The notes under the pieces: generated by a model
Databases searched by the model: none
The model's input: the letters and a program-made list of their open reading frames with translations, nothing else
What the model was told of the DNA's origin: nothing
Position numbers and translations under genes: made by a program
Source: Octopus vulgaris
Lineage: Eukaryota
Direction: 5' to 3'
DNA length: 64,000 nucleotides
Assembly (NCBI GenBank): GCA_951406725.2
Contig: OX597835.1
Coordinates: 22,196,001 to 22,260,000, forward strand
Shown here: positions 27,102 to 40,402 of the stretch, one piece after another
How positions within the stretch are numbered: the stretch's first letter is position 1
Layout: each line of letters begins with the position of its first letter

Positions 27102-27847
27102 AAGACCGTGATTTGATTGAATCGTCAGCACGCCGGGCGAAATGCTTATTGATAAAATAAGTAGCAGTTGAGCATTGAGATCGACTGGGGATGGGATGTA
27201 ATCGACTATTCTCCTCCCACAAAATTAGAAAGGATTGTCATCATCATCATCAGCAGCAGCATCATCATCATCATCATCATCGCTCAAATGCGAAATGAAG
27301 ATTGCAAAGCTTGTGTCAAATCGTCTGTTTGTATTTCTGAAAGTTTGAGGATGCTAGTGATATCCAAGTTTAAATGGATTCATAGGTCATCCGATGGTTA
27401 TGATAAATGTTACATTTGACTGTGACTGAGGATATAACTGAATTTGAGGCAATTAGCATTGACTGGTCACAAGTTTATTGAATGGCATTTGTATATTTTA
27501 TTTATATATGATAGAGTATTATCGAAGATCGATAGCGTTGTATCCATAATATTGAAAGAATCTTAATATATTCTTATCCGCAGGGGCAGTACAATTCAAC
27601 AAGGCAGAGAAGTATTTTCTCTAATCGGGGTATTGATAATGACTGAATGTGGTGTATGAAACCATACAAATTTTGTCCTACATTTTCCTCTTTTTAGGCA
27701 CTGCATGATGATGAAGATGATGATGACGACAACAACGACAACGACGATAATGTCGTTGATGATGATGATGGTAACAACGACGACGATGATGACGACGACG
27801 ACGACAACGACGACGATGATGATGATGATAATGATAGTAATAGTGAT

Positions 27848-28880
27848 GAGTAATGATATACTCATTAAAAGCGAATCCAGAGATCAACACGTTGAAGGCA
27901 TAAAATATGTATTTGGAAAACTTAAGGATTACGGTTTTACTTTGAGTGAAGAAAAGTGTGAATTTTTCTTACCGGAAATAAGATATTTAGGTCAAATCAT
28001 TGAACGAAATGAACGATGACATGACCCGTCGAGGGCAGATGCAATAAAAAATATGCCTCCTCCGACTAATATAGCGAACTTACAAGCATTTTTAGGACTG
28101 GCAAATTATTATCAAAATTATATCCCAAATTTGCATAAGGTTAGGGCTCCACTGAATAATTTGCTGAAAAAAGATATGAAATAGAATTGGTCAGAAAATA
28201 GCCAAAAGGCATTTGATGAAATTAAGAAGATATTAATATCTGATCTATCGTTAGCTCACCTTAATCCTGCAGTACATCTCTATTCCACCATATCACCAAA
28301 GAGCAAACTGGCAAACGGAACGGTTCGTGGGTACATTTAAAAGAGCATTAAAGAAGTCAAGAAACAAGCTGGTCGATGACACAGCATTGACACAATTGTT
28401 GAGGGTTTATAGGATAGCACCAAACCCAAACACTCGTTCAGGCAAGTGGCCCGCAAAACAAATGCTTACTCGAAAAATAAAGTCAGTTTTTGACAAGTTA
28501 TTACCAGTAAGAAAAACAAATAAGGAAAACACTAAAAATACAACAAACTATTTTAATATCGGTGACATAAATATATAAAAAGGGAAGAGAATGTTGGGAA
28601 GATGGAGTAGTAACAAAAAGAATAGGCAAAATGACATGTATAAGAAGAGGCGAAAATTGGGAAAGCAAAAGACATTTAAACTAGCTAAAATAGTTATATG
28701 GAAAAAGGAAAAGAGATACCCATGGAAGTGCTCTACGACATCTTTGATGTTCCAACGCCACAAGAAGTAGAACCTAGGCGTAGCAGCAAAGGAAAGAGGA
28801 AACGACCAGAACGGTTGGAAGTAGTGCCTAAACGGAAGAAATATTAAACTTCCCTAGGAAGAAAATCCCCAAAGGGGAGA
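27848..28880 (+). mobile_element. Ty3/Gypsy pol remnant: RT C-terminus joined to integrase C-terminus, RNase H deleted
   Basis: DILIKSESRDQH...KCEFFLPEIRYLGQII, DPSRADAIKNMPPPTN..LQAFLGLANYY..RAPLNNLLKK; after a junction near 28270, PPYH-like motif, ERFVGTFKRALKK..YRIAPN; PPT AAAGGGGAGA at 28871-28880 then TG. Confidence 0.9.
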
Positions 28881-28892
28881 TGTGATGGAAGA

Positions 28893-28973
<81 letters not shown>

Positions 28974-28999
28974 TATAAGTCAATCTCAAAAGGAGGAAA

Positions 29000-29262
29000 T
29001 GTTGTAGCAAGAGTCATTGACACTCCTGTGGAATGTGAAGAATAGACTAGCCGAACTCTTATAAAAAGTAGCATATCGGTTGAGACGAGAGGGCGGTTGA
29101 GAATTCGTGGAAGTCGTAGGAAGTCATTGACAGTTTGTATTTATTGGAGTATCGTGTTTAGTGGAGCAATTTGAAGTACGTCGTGTGAAGACAGCTATGT
29201 CTATCCCAGCATTTGTGAAATCCGTATACCCAACGTATAGAAGGATATAAAAGTGTTCTACA
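29000..29262 (+). mobile_element. LTR-like segment
   Basis: Purine tract AAAAGGAGGAAA at 28988-28999, then TGTTGTAG...CTACA termini and an internal TATAAAAA. Confidence 0.6.
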
Positions 29263-29717
29263 GTTTTTCGTAATGTCATCTTTTGGTCAAAAACTCTCAC
29301 ACTCAAGGTGGCGTGCGCAGGCGCATTGTCGTGATGAAACAACCACACTTCACTTTGCCACTGGTCGGGGTGTTTTCGTTTCATTGCGTCTCAAAAACGC
29401 TTCAGAACTACCAAGTAAAATATCAGGTTAACGGTTTGACTAGGAGGAACAAATTCTGCGTGAACAATTCCTTTTGCATCGATAAAACAAATCAACATCG
29501 TCTTAACATTGGACTTCACTTGATGCACTTTTGGGTTGGTGGATGGGGGGAGCGTGGTGCCATTGAATGCTTCCATTGACTTCATTTCTGCTTCGTTTCC
29601 GGATCGTAGCCGTAGCACCAGCTTTCGTCACCAGTGATATATATATATACATGCACACACTCACACATACACACGTACACACGAACACTCACACGCACAT
29701 ATACATGCATACATATA

Positions 29718-29779
<62 letters not shown>

Positions 29780-29972
29780 AAAAAGGAGATGTGGAACACG
29801 AGTTGTGATATCTAAAAAAGGAACTGAAGAAAATGCTGACAAAATAATTTAAGTAATTTAAGTAATTTAATTAGGTGAAAGTTCTTTTTACCGGTTACGC
29901 ATTTGTTATGCTTATCAAAAGATGTTTTTTTAAGAGAGATAGAGTTACTTTCTGATAGATTTTTTCCTCTTA

Positions 29973-30052
<80 letters not shown>

Positions 30053-30605
30053 CAATAATAAATCTCTGAGCGAGGTATAAACAGTAGCTGTACGACTGGG
30101 GCTACAAACTACAGTAGCATCAATCCTTAAGGGTTAGCCATTTCACAGCTTTCGTCACCAGTGATGACCTCCGAAATAAGACTGAGATCAACTTCCAACA
30201 GTTCTTTCAGTTCACGACACACATTCCGTCGTGACTGCTTTTGATCTCTTTTTATTCGGAATTCCTCACGCAAAACCCGTTGGTAGGAGCTCCAGGACAC
30301 ACCACTCCTATCAACAAGTTTGTCAATTGTTCGGTGACCCCCACCCCCGCCACCAGATCAGTTCATGAATTCTTATGATGGTTTCATTCGTTCAGGAGGT
30401 CGATAGTCGCCTAAAACGAGGTTGGTCTTCAAGCGACAAGTAACTATTCCCAAAGCGTGAAAACCACTCGTAAATTTGTGTATTGCTCATGGCGGCGTCC
30501 TTATAAGACGCTTGAAGCACGACAATTGTTTCGTCCGCCGTTTTCTCCAGCAGAAAACAGAATTTCACGGAAGCACGCTGCTCCTTCGCTTCAACCATCG
30601 CAAAA
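29263..30605 (-). mobile_element. Decayed mariner transposase, interrupted at 29639-30145
   Basis: [73 protein letters not shown]. Confidence 0.92.
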
Positions 30606-30624
30606 ATCGGCGAACAGGGGAGAA

Positions 30625-30826
30625 ATACTGCAAGTGCTTAGCGGTATTTCGCCCGTCGCTACGTTCTGAGTTCGAATTCCGCCGAGTTCGACTTTGCCTT
30701 TCATCCTTCCGGGGGTCGATAAATTAAGTACCAGTGATACACTGGTGTCGATGTAATTTATTAGTCTTTTCGCTCCACCCAAATTTCAGGCCTTGTGCCT
30801 ATAGTAAAAATATAGTAGAAAGGATT
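30625..30826 (+). mobile_element. SINE family A
   Basis: B-box GAGTTCGAATTCC and central motif. Confidence 0.85.
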
Positions 30827-30935
30827 ATGTTTACATATTCAGAACAAATGTTGCCACCCATGTAAAGGATAAACTCTGACTCTCCATCCTTCTCCCTCTC
30901 TCTCTCACGTACATAAGCATACACTCCCGTTCCAT

Positions 30936-31001
<66 letters not shown>

Positions 31002-31068
31002 TACATATATACATATATACATATATATACATATATACATATACATATATATATATATACATATACAT

Positions 31069-31123
<55 letters not shown>

Positions 31124-31125
31124 TG

Positions 31126-31167
<42 letters not shown>

Positions 31168-31298
31168 CACAGAAAGTTGGTTTCTGCATCACTACAAGAT
31201 CACGAGTGTACTCAATGTACAGCCGTGGCGGAAGTGCGTAATATAAACGTGTGTGCGTATATACAAGTATAAATTTCCACACACGCACACATACACAT

Positions 31299-31336
<38 letters not shown>

Positions 31337-31445
31337 ACGCACATACACACACACACACGCATGCACGCACTGAACACGGAAACGAATTGCTTTTCATCTT
31401 AACCACCTCTTGTCCCTTAGGTGTTTGTATGAGAATATATATATA

Positions 31446-31496
<51 letters not shown>

Positions 31497-31783
31497 CTAT
31501 TTGCGAATGTATGTGTTCTTGCATACGTGCGCAAGCGCGCGTGCGCGCGTGCGTGTGTATGTGTGTGTGTGTGAACGGGTTAATGGAATAAAAAATGGGA
31601 AAATAATCACAGGGCCAATGAGAAATCGTTCTACATGTTCTGCTCAACGATGCATAATATATTCTTTCACATACCCTTCATATATATATATATATATACA
31701 TGCACACACTCACACATACACACGTACACACAAACACTCACACGCACATATACATGCATACATACATATATATATACATTATA

Positions 31784-31816
<33 letters not shown>

Positions 31817-31832
31817 AGATATATATATATAC

Positions 31833-31929
<97 letters not shown>

Positions 31930-32351
31930 AATAATAAATCTCTGAGCGAGGTATAAACAGTAGCTGCACGACTGGGGCTACAAGCTACAGTAGCATCAAC
32001 CCTTAAGGGTTAAGCATTTCACTCCGTACACGCCAGCTCAATTTGAATCGTTCCCAGTCGAAAGACGCCTGTTGTTATTTCTTGTTGTTTGTATTCGTAA
32101 TTCTGTACCATGCTCTCCGTTTTTTGTTTGTGTGTTTGTCTTTGTTGCCGTACACATTCGCGAGCTTTCTTACAAAGGGGTCTAACGCTCTTAGTTTAGA
32201 CTTTTTTGGGGACAACCAGATCGAACCATCTCAAGTGTAACAGTCCGAAATGGTCGTGACTTCTGGTACTTGACTGAAGAAAGAAAGCCAAGAATGACCC
32301 GTCTTTTTCCCCTGTCCTACTAATTGTTATTTCTCTTGTCCGACTTTGTGT

Positions 32352-32795
32352 CGTTCTTCCACTGCTCTAGGGACTAATTCTGTAGGTTTTTACTCCGTTC
32401 TAACCGCTTTGCAACGTTTGTTTTTGAAAGTAGTGGTTTTCTGATTGCAGCCTTCCCGTGAAATCCGGCTTTGTGCAGCTTCCGGCGAACAGTTTTAGTG
32501 GAAACTGGGCACTCGAAGTAGTCATTAAGCTCTGCTGTAAATTTGGGAGCTGTACTTTTGTGATCCTTTCTAACAATTCGCGTAAGAGTCCGACGGTCCC
32601 TATCTGAAAATTTTGGCTTTCTTCCAGAGTTTTGTTTTGACGAGGAGGTGTTTCCCTCTTTCTCAAAGGCTGTCATTACTTTCGAGACTTCTTGATACAC
32701 AAAACATTTCGTCTGTTTTCGTGACGCTAGCGCCTGCCATACAAGCATCAATAATTTGACCTCTTTAAAAGTCCGATATATCTGATATTTTAATT
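32352..32795 (-). mobile_element. Tc1-family transposase N-terminal remnant
   Basis: Decayed N-terminal HTH-like start (RGQII..AGASVTKT), VSKVMTAFEKEG..SGRKPKFSDRDRRTLTRIVRK..VSTKTVRRKLHKAGFHG..RKPLL. Confidence 0.9.
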
Positions 32796-33272
32796 AATTT
32801 TAATTACCTTTTTCTGATGATATCTGAAAAGAAACAGGAATTTTAGCAAAACATATTAAGCAACTCTAATAATAAAAAAAACAACACAAAAATAAACGAG
32901 CTTTTGAGGGTTTTATATATACATATGTTTCTAGCGATACTGGTGCTGCTCTGAACCCTTTGTCACTTTTAGTGACGGTTGAATTTTTCATTTTTGGTTT
33001 TAAATTGCTTCTAGCCACTTTAATCATTTTTTTATTTCCACATAACCGTTTTGCTGAATCAGCCGATGATTCCTTTGGTGAATTCTATATATACTGGCAA
33101 AAGGAATTCATCTCCAGTACCAGAGATGGAGTAGCATCACCGATGAACATTAATTTCATTCGTGATTGGAGTGACAGTCTAATTCCCTGGTATGCTGTGG
33201 GGAGGTTGTCTTTCTTGTCAGTACATAGGACTGTACTCCGTTCGCACCCTCAGTCACTTTTAAATTAACTAT

Positions 33273-33323
<51 letters not shown>

Positions 33324-33374
33324 AATGCAAAAACTCATTTCTGTGTGTCAGTGTGTCACACTTCGAACCCCTCT

Positions 33375-33930
33375 CTCACAATTCACAAGCGTACGAGTGG
33401 TTCAGACGTTTCCAAGATAGCCAAAAAAATGTCGATATTGACGAACGATCTGAGAGAACCGCAACCAGCAGAACTGAGAAAGGCATCGCAGATGTGCGTG
33501 CAACTGTGAGGGGAAATCGTTGAATCACCATCTGTGAGTTATTAGGGGATGTGCAAATTAGTTAGGGTTCAGTTCAGTCCATTATCACTGAAGATTTTGG
33601 TATGATACGCGTGCCTGCCAAGTTTGTGCCAAAACTGCTTTTAACTGACCAAATGGACACACAGGTTTCAGTTGCACAAGATCTCCTTGTTTGTGTTGAG
33701 AACCATGAAAACTCTTTGAAACCTTTGCGTAGGCCTCTGAGCAGGTGTCGCCAAGCTTTTCCCAAAATTTGATGCAGATTCTCTGCTCAACTTTCTCTGC
33801 TCAACATTCTCTGCCATAGTCAATGCGATGATCACACTCTACACACCTTTCTTCCAAGCACTGCTGTAAACAGCAGTAAGCTAGAACGTTAAAACTTAGT
33901 TGCGCACGCACGGCAGAGCTCAAACAAGTA
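33375..33930. mobile_element. Rearranged mariner remnant: plus-strand HTH region abutting a minus-strand N-terminus
   Basis: Plus strand YEWFRRFQ..DERS..AKFVPKLL; minus strand VEQRICIKF-EKLGDTCSEAY at about 33795-33720. Confidence 0.8.
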
Positions 33931-34569
33931 TAGCCTTGTGCCTATAGAAGAAAGAATTATCAATGTTATTGTTTTCTTATCTTTAATTTGACTCTCAAGT
34001 TATTTCGTTTCTAACAAGTACACTACGAGTCAAGCCCGACTCTAAGTTCAAACAAGACACTTCTTTTTAATATTACTTAATATACTCTAGCAATCTTCTC
34101 TGAGACCATTCAGTTAATCGTTTAATCTTTTGAAGCGTAAGTGTCAGGAAATGTGCTTAAGTGTTTATATGTAACTGTGTGCATATATGGATGTTTATGT
34201 GCGTCTGTGTATGTGTGTATGGATGGAATTGGCTTTGCATTTACGTTCCCACGCCACGAAGCGTCTGCTTTACAATACTCTAATCCAGCAATCCCCGATC
34301 TTCTTTGCGGATCACTTTCATGCGAGACAATTTCTCCACGGAGCGGAAAAATCACGCACGTAATATTACACCAAGGGCGTACCCAAAGGCGGGGAGCTGA
34401 GGAACACGTGGCCCCTTCACGAAATTAAGTGCGCCCTTCTAAATGATGTTATCACGCCCTTTTCTCCTGGAGTTGTATTCCCTTCTGACTTTGTGCTCTC
34501 CCTTCGAAAAATTCCTAGGACCGCGCCTGAACACAATAAAGAGCATAATGTATAATTCAAATGTTACAT

Positions 34570-34858
34570 ATCTAACCGGCACTCCGTCGGTAACGACGAG
34601 TTGGGGTCCAGTCGATCCGATCAACGGAGCAGCCCGCTCGTGTGGCTGAGCATTCCACATACATACGTACCCTTAAGGAGATTCAGCACGACACAGAACG
34701 TGACAAGGTTGGCCCTTTCAAATACAGGTACCATGCATTTTTGACAGCTGAGTGGACCGAAGTATCGAGAAATAAAGTGTCTTGCTCAAGGACACAACGC
34801 GCTGATAACGTAACGACCGTGAGCCGAACACCCTAACCACTAAGCCACGCGTCTTCAC
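34570..34858 (-). mobile_element. SINE family C
   Basis: AAAGTGTCTTGCTCAAGGACACAACGC...CCCTAACCACTAAGCCACGCG on the plus strand. Confidence 0.8.
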
Positions 34859-34969
34859 AATTATCACATATATAATACATAGTTAATAGATATATGTGAA
34901 GGCGTGTGACCTATATATATAAATATATATATATTAAATTATCTCTAATTTAATATAATATAATATATA

Positions 34970-35012
<43 letters not shown>

Positions 35013-35055
35013 CATATATATATATATATATATTATATTAAATTAGAGATAATTT

Positions 35056-35087
<32 letters not shown>

Positions 35088-35088
35088 C

Positions 35089-35136
<48 letters not shown>

Positions 35137-35175
35137 CACACATATATATATACACACACATATATATATATGGAA

Positions 35176-35495
35176 GAAAAACGTTTATAATTATGAATTA
35201 GTCACAATTATAACTAGGAAGGCTAAAAAACACTTACATGTTAAAAATAGCAGCCAAAACCGCAATAAAGCCATTCCCTAACGCCGAAATTGCAATAGGG
35301 AATTAACCAATTATTTTCAAGTTATGAATTCTATTTGCCATGTCGCTCGAAGACAGTTTTTCATCGTGAGGAGAAATGATATGAATGATATAATGGCTTT
35401 ATAGCGGTTTTGGCTGCTATTCTTAACATGTAAGGTTTTTTAAAACTCTCTTAATTATAATTGTGACTTGTACATAATTATAAACGGTTTTTCTT
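35176..35495. repeat. ~100-bp inverted repeat pair in a (TA)n-embedded element
   Basis: 35176-35275 is the reverse complement of about 35393-35495 (e.g. AATAGCAGCCAAAACCGC and GCGGTTTTGGCTGCTATT). Confidence 0.8.
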
Positions 35496-35676
35496 TATAT
35501 TTTACAATAACATGTTTGGCCATTGATATATTCATAAATAATCTTAATTATTTATAATATATCCTTCGTAATGTCTTTACATTACTCTCTCTATATATAT
35601 ATATATATGACCGCGTATGTATCGTTGGCGATTTTCTTTCTCCGTCTTCCCTTCCTTGGACTTTCCCTTTTTCTAT

Positions 35677-35711
35677 ATTTCTGACGAAGAGCTCCGCTCG
35701 AAACGTTAAAT
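35677..35711 (+). ncRNA. Minimal type-I hammerhead ribozyme (Penelope/retrozyme type)
   Basis: ATTT-CTGACGA-A-GAGC(TCC)GCTC-GAAA-C-GTT-AAAT: intact catalytic core, stem II, palindromic ACGT stem III, stem I ATTT/AAAT. Confidence 0.7.
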
Positions 35712-35811
35712 CCTCCTTCTTTCTTTCCTTTCCTGAGCGTCCAATAACACTATACTTGTTCCACGTCCTCGCGTTGTTGTGTTTTCTCTGTGTTCATGTT
35801 TGGATTAACTG

Positions 35812-35855
<44 letters not shown>

Positions 35856-36218
35856 CGTACGTATGTATGTGTGTATATATTGATGTATCTGTTTATGTGC
35901 GAGTGTGTGCGTGTGTGTGTGCGCGCTCATGTTGCGTGTGTGCGTGTGCGTGTCTCTTAATGTGTACACACATCAACACATCTTTTAGCACGCCGGACTG
36001 GTTGTCCTTGCCCTCCCACTTGTCAGCTGAAGTGCTGAGGAGTGATCGGTAAAACGGTATACTCTTTTACTCTCTTTTACTTGTTTCAGTCATTTGACTG
36101 CGGCCATGCTGGAGCACGTTTAAGATGTCGCAAATATCCACTCGCATTTATACATTTATACAGACACACAAACATGCATAACACTTTTACATTATGCACG
36201 TACACACAGGTGCAGCGT

Positions 36219-36454
36219 GGCTGTGTGGTAAGAAACTTGCTTCCCAACCACATGGTTCCGGGTTCAGTCCCACTGCGTGACACCTTCGACAAGTGTCTTT
36301 TACTATAGCCTCGGGCCTTGTGAGTGAATTTGGTAGACGGAAACTGAAAGAAGCCCGTCGCATATACATACTTACGTACACATGTGTGTGTGTATGTGTA
36401 TATATGTATATATACGTGTGTATGTGTGTGTGTGTGCGTGTGCGTGTGCGTGTG

Positions 36455-36508
<54 letters not shown>

Positions 36509-36815
36509 CTTTCTATAATAGCCTTGGGCCGACAAAAGTCATGTGAGTGGATTTGGTAGACGGAAACTGAAAGAAGCCCGTCGTATATATACATGTATAT
36601 ATGTATATATTTGTGAATCTGTGTTTGTCCCCACCACCATCGCTTGACAACCGATGTTGGTGTGTTTACGTCCCCGTAACTTAGCGGCTCGGCAAAAGAG
36701 ACTGATAGAATAAATACTAGGCTTACAAAGAGTAAAACCCGGGGTCGATTTCTTCGACTAAAGGCGGTGCTCCAGCATGGCCGCAGTCAAATGACTGAAG
36801 CAAATAAAAGAAAAG
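36219..36815 (+). mobile_element. SINE family B copies with partial duplication across a (GT)n tract
   Basis: Consensus head at 36219-36362 and a second body plus tail at 36510-36815. Confidence 0.85.
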
Positions 36816-37384
36816 GAAGGAAGAGAATATAAAGGAGTGCGAGAGAGAGAGAGAGAGAGGGAGAGAGAGAGAGAGAGAGAGAGTTTGTGTAAGTGAAAGA
36901 TGGATTGAAGAAACAGATTTTAACCTAAACTAATATTATTATTATCACACTCACCGCCACCATCACCACCACTTCCACCCACCCACCCACCCAGCCGCAC
37001 TACCGACCCCACCACCAGAAACACCATCACAGACACTCCTACATCCTCCACCACCACCACCACCACCACCACAATTATCATCACTACCACCATAACCCAA
37101 CATTCTTATCGCTTCTAACTATCACTAATACCACCAAGATTGCAGTGACACTTGCCATGTGATATGCACTAGTGCCTCACTTTACGAGGACCTGCTTTAC
37201 GAGGCCCCCGTGCTTACGAGTTTTAGTTTTCAAGCATAAAATCCAAATTTTGATATAAAAGTGCAAAAGTTTCTACTTCCATAACAAATGCTTCTGCGTG
37301 TAACCGAGAAATTTATGGAGAACGAAAAAAAAAGCTTCTAAGCAAACAACTCTAGACTTGTTTTTTAAAAAGAAATCTACACAC

Positions 37385-37428
<44 letters not shown>

Positions 37429-37520
37429 GTATATATGTATGTATGTAGCGCCATACTAATACATTATTTGTTTGTATTCCACCTGCCTTCGTCTTTTGTT
37501 TATTTTCGTAAACCTTCCCG

Positions 37521-37599
<79 letters not shown>

Positions 37600-38150
37600 C
37601 CTGTGATCACTGTGACCGACCAGGCTATCAGATGTTGTTACACATCGCTGGTCACAATGCGCTTCGCATTGTTTTAGCCTCCAAATGAAGCCACGCCGCT
37701 GGCTAAGCGACCATCGCTTGACAACCGGTGTTGGTGTGCGTGTGTTTACACCACCGTAACTTAGCGGTTCGGCAAAACGGAACCGATAGGATAAGTACTA
37801 GGCTTACAAAGAATTAGTCCTGGTGTCGTTTTGTTCGACTGAAAGGCGGTGCTCCAGCATGGCCGCAGTCAAAAGAGTGAAACAAGAGAGTAAGTCCGTC
37901 TACGAGTGCTTGTGAATCGGCGATCGCGTCTTCAAGTGAGGGTGTGCGCGAGCCTAGTACGAGTAAAAGTGATCCAGAAAACGATTATAATAATATTTTT
38001 TATTATAAATGAACTTGACATTCTTTTTATTTTACATAAAATATTCGTTACATTCTGCTGTTGTTTTATTGCCATTTATTTACGAGTATCATAAATTTTA
38101 TAAATGAAATATTTTTCTGGTAACGAATTATCATTTATAACATTGTTATA

Positions 38151-38378
38151 AGGCGAGCTGGCAGAAACGGTAGCACGCCGGGCGAAATGCGTAGCCGTAT
38201 TTCGTCTGCCGTTACGTTCTGAGTTCAAATTCCGCCGAGGTTGACTTTGCCTTTCATCCTTTCGGGGTCGATAAATTAAGTACCAGTTACGCACTGGGGT
38301 CGATGGAATCGACTTAATCGCTTTGTCTGTCCTTGTTTGTCCCCTCTGTGTTTAGCCCCTTGTGGGTAGTAAAGAAGT
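38151..38378 (+). mobile_element. SINE family A with ~13-bp TSD
   Basis: ATTTATAACATTG on both flanks (38133-38145 and 38379-38391). Confidence 0.9.
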
Positions 38379-38411
38379 ATTTATAACATTGCTACTATGG
38401 GAAATTATTGC

Positions 38412-39898
38412 GGATCTATTCCATCTCAGTCGCAGATCTTTCAATTAAATTTTTTTTTAACTAAACAGTTTGAAACTTCGAATACTGGTAGAATTTCTCA
38501 CGTAGAACACCGCTTACTTCGAACGTTTTTGAAAAAAATTCCTATTTTAGAAGTTACTTCGTGTTAAAGTTGTCGAATTTGGGTAATTTCAACCAATCAA
38601 CGACGTGTATTCGGTAGAAGAAATCTACTGCTGTTGGCAATAGTAATCGAAGAGGAACAACTTTCGAGTCATCTCTACTAAATGTCACTACTCTATTCGT
38701 CACCTTTATCCTTTCTTCCTTTCTAGTCAGCACCGCGCATTCCTTACTCTTTCCCTCCCTTATACACTATCAACTAGCAACCAGCTGCCACTACAATTAC
38801 CGTATTTTCCGGTGTATAAGCCGCTATTTGTTTTGTTTTACCTTCATGTTTTGATAATGTTATCTTTAAACTAATACAGACTTTTATATTTATTTCTTTA
38901 CTGCCCACAGAGGGATAAACATGGAGAGGACAAGCAAGGACAGACAAAGGGATTAAGCCGATTACATAGACCCCAGTGCGTAACTGGTACTTATTTAATC
39001 GACCCCGAAAGGATGAAAGGCATAGTCGACTTCGGCGGAATTTGAACTCAGAACGTAAGGGCAGACGAAATTCCTATTTCTTTACTACCCACAAGGGGCT
39101 AAACACAGAAGGGACAAACAAGGACGGACAAACGGATTAAGTCGATTATATCGACCCCAGTGCGTAAATGGTACTTATTTAATCGACCCCGAAACGATGA
39201 AAGGAATTTGAACTCAGAACGTAGCGGCAGACGAAATACCGATAAGCATTTCGCCGGACGTGCTAACGTTTCTGCCAGCTCGCCGCCTTTGGCAGACGAA
39301 ATACCGCTAAGCAACGGCGTACCAACGTTTCTGCCGGCTCGCCGCCTTAATAAAGACTTTTATATTGATGAAATGTGTTTGTTGTTGATTATTGTAAGAT
39401 AAAATCATGACAATAACAATACATTTCATAGTTGTAAAATAAGGCATTTTGAAACTACATGTACGTCAACAACAAAAAAAGCTAGCTGCGGACTCGTTGC
39501 CCTATGGGTCTTTAAAACACCGGTGCGCTTTATGTGTGGATAAAACAGCGATATCGGCCAAACGAATAAATACACGTATATAATATTTCTTCCTTCTTGG
39601 TGTTGATTCTTCGAACAGAATGGTGACATTTAGTAGAGATGACCCGGAAGTTTTTCCTCTTCGATTACTTTTGCAGACAGCAGTAAGCTTTCTTCAACCA
39701 AATACACAGCGTTGATTGGTTGAAATTACCCAAATACGACAACTTTAACATGAAATAACTTCTAAAATAGGAAATTTTATCAAAAACGTTCGGAGTAAAC
39801 GGTGTTCTACGCGAGAAATTCTACCAGTATTCGAAGTTTCAAACTGTTTAGTTAGAAAAAATAAATTGAAAGATCTGTGATTGAGATGGAATAGATCG
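38412..39898. mobile_element. Non-autonomous long-TIR DNA transposon (Mutator-like)
   Basis: ~275-bp TIRs (38413-38688 and 39624-39897); TSD ATTATTGC at 38404-38411 and 39899-39906; internal pieces also occur at 9990-10150. Confidence 0.85.
38891..39347 (-). mobile_element. Dimeric SINE A inserted in the MITE
   Basis: Two tandem units flanked by one 19-bp TSD TAATA(C/A)AGACTTTTATATT (38872-38890 and 39348-39366). Confidence 0.85.
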
Positions 39899-40066
39899 AT
39901 TATTGCTCTGCTTTGCGTGTTTTCGCTTTACGAGCGATCACCGGGAACAAATTAACTCGTATATCGATGCATTACTGTATACATACATACATACATATAT
40001 ATATATGTATATGTATATATATACATATATATATATACATATATATATATACATATATATATATAC

Positions 40067-40121
<55 letters not shown>

Positions 40122-40402
40122 TATATGTATGTATGTATGCATGTATGTATGTATGTATGTATGTATGTATGTATGTATGTATGTATGTATATATCGAGGG
40201 TATGAGAGGTATTGATGTCAAGAAGAACCAAGGGTGTCAGGTAACGCTGAGTCAGTGCTATGGGCAGACTATAGTTAAGCTCCAGGTTCGATAATGATAC
40301 GGATGAGGAGTCCAACGTAAGTCGTATATTAGCTTGCATATATATATATATATATAAAAATCCAAGAGTGTGAATGATTTTCAGAACATTTATAAAGAGA
40401 AG

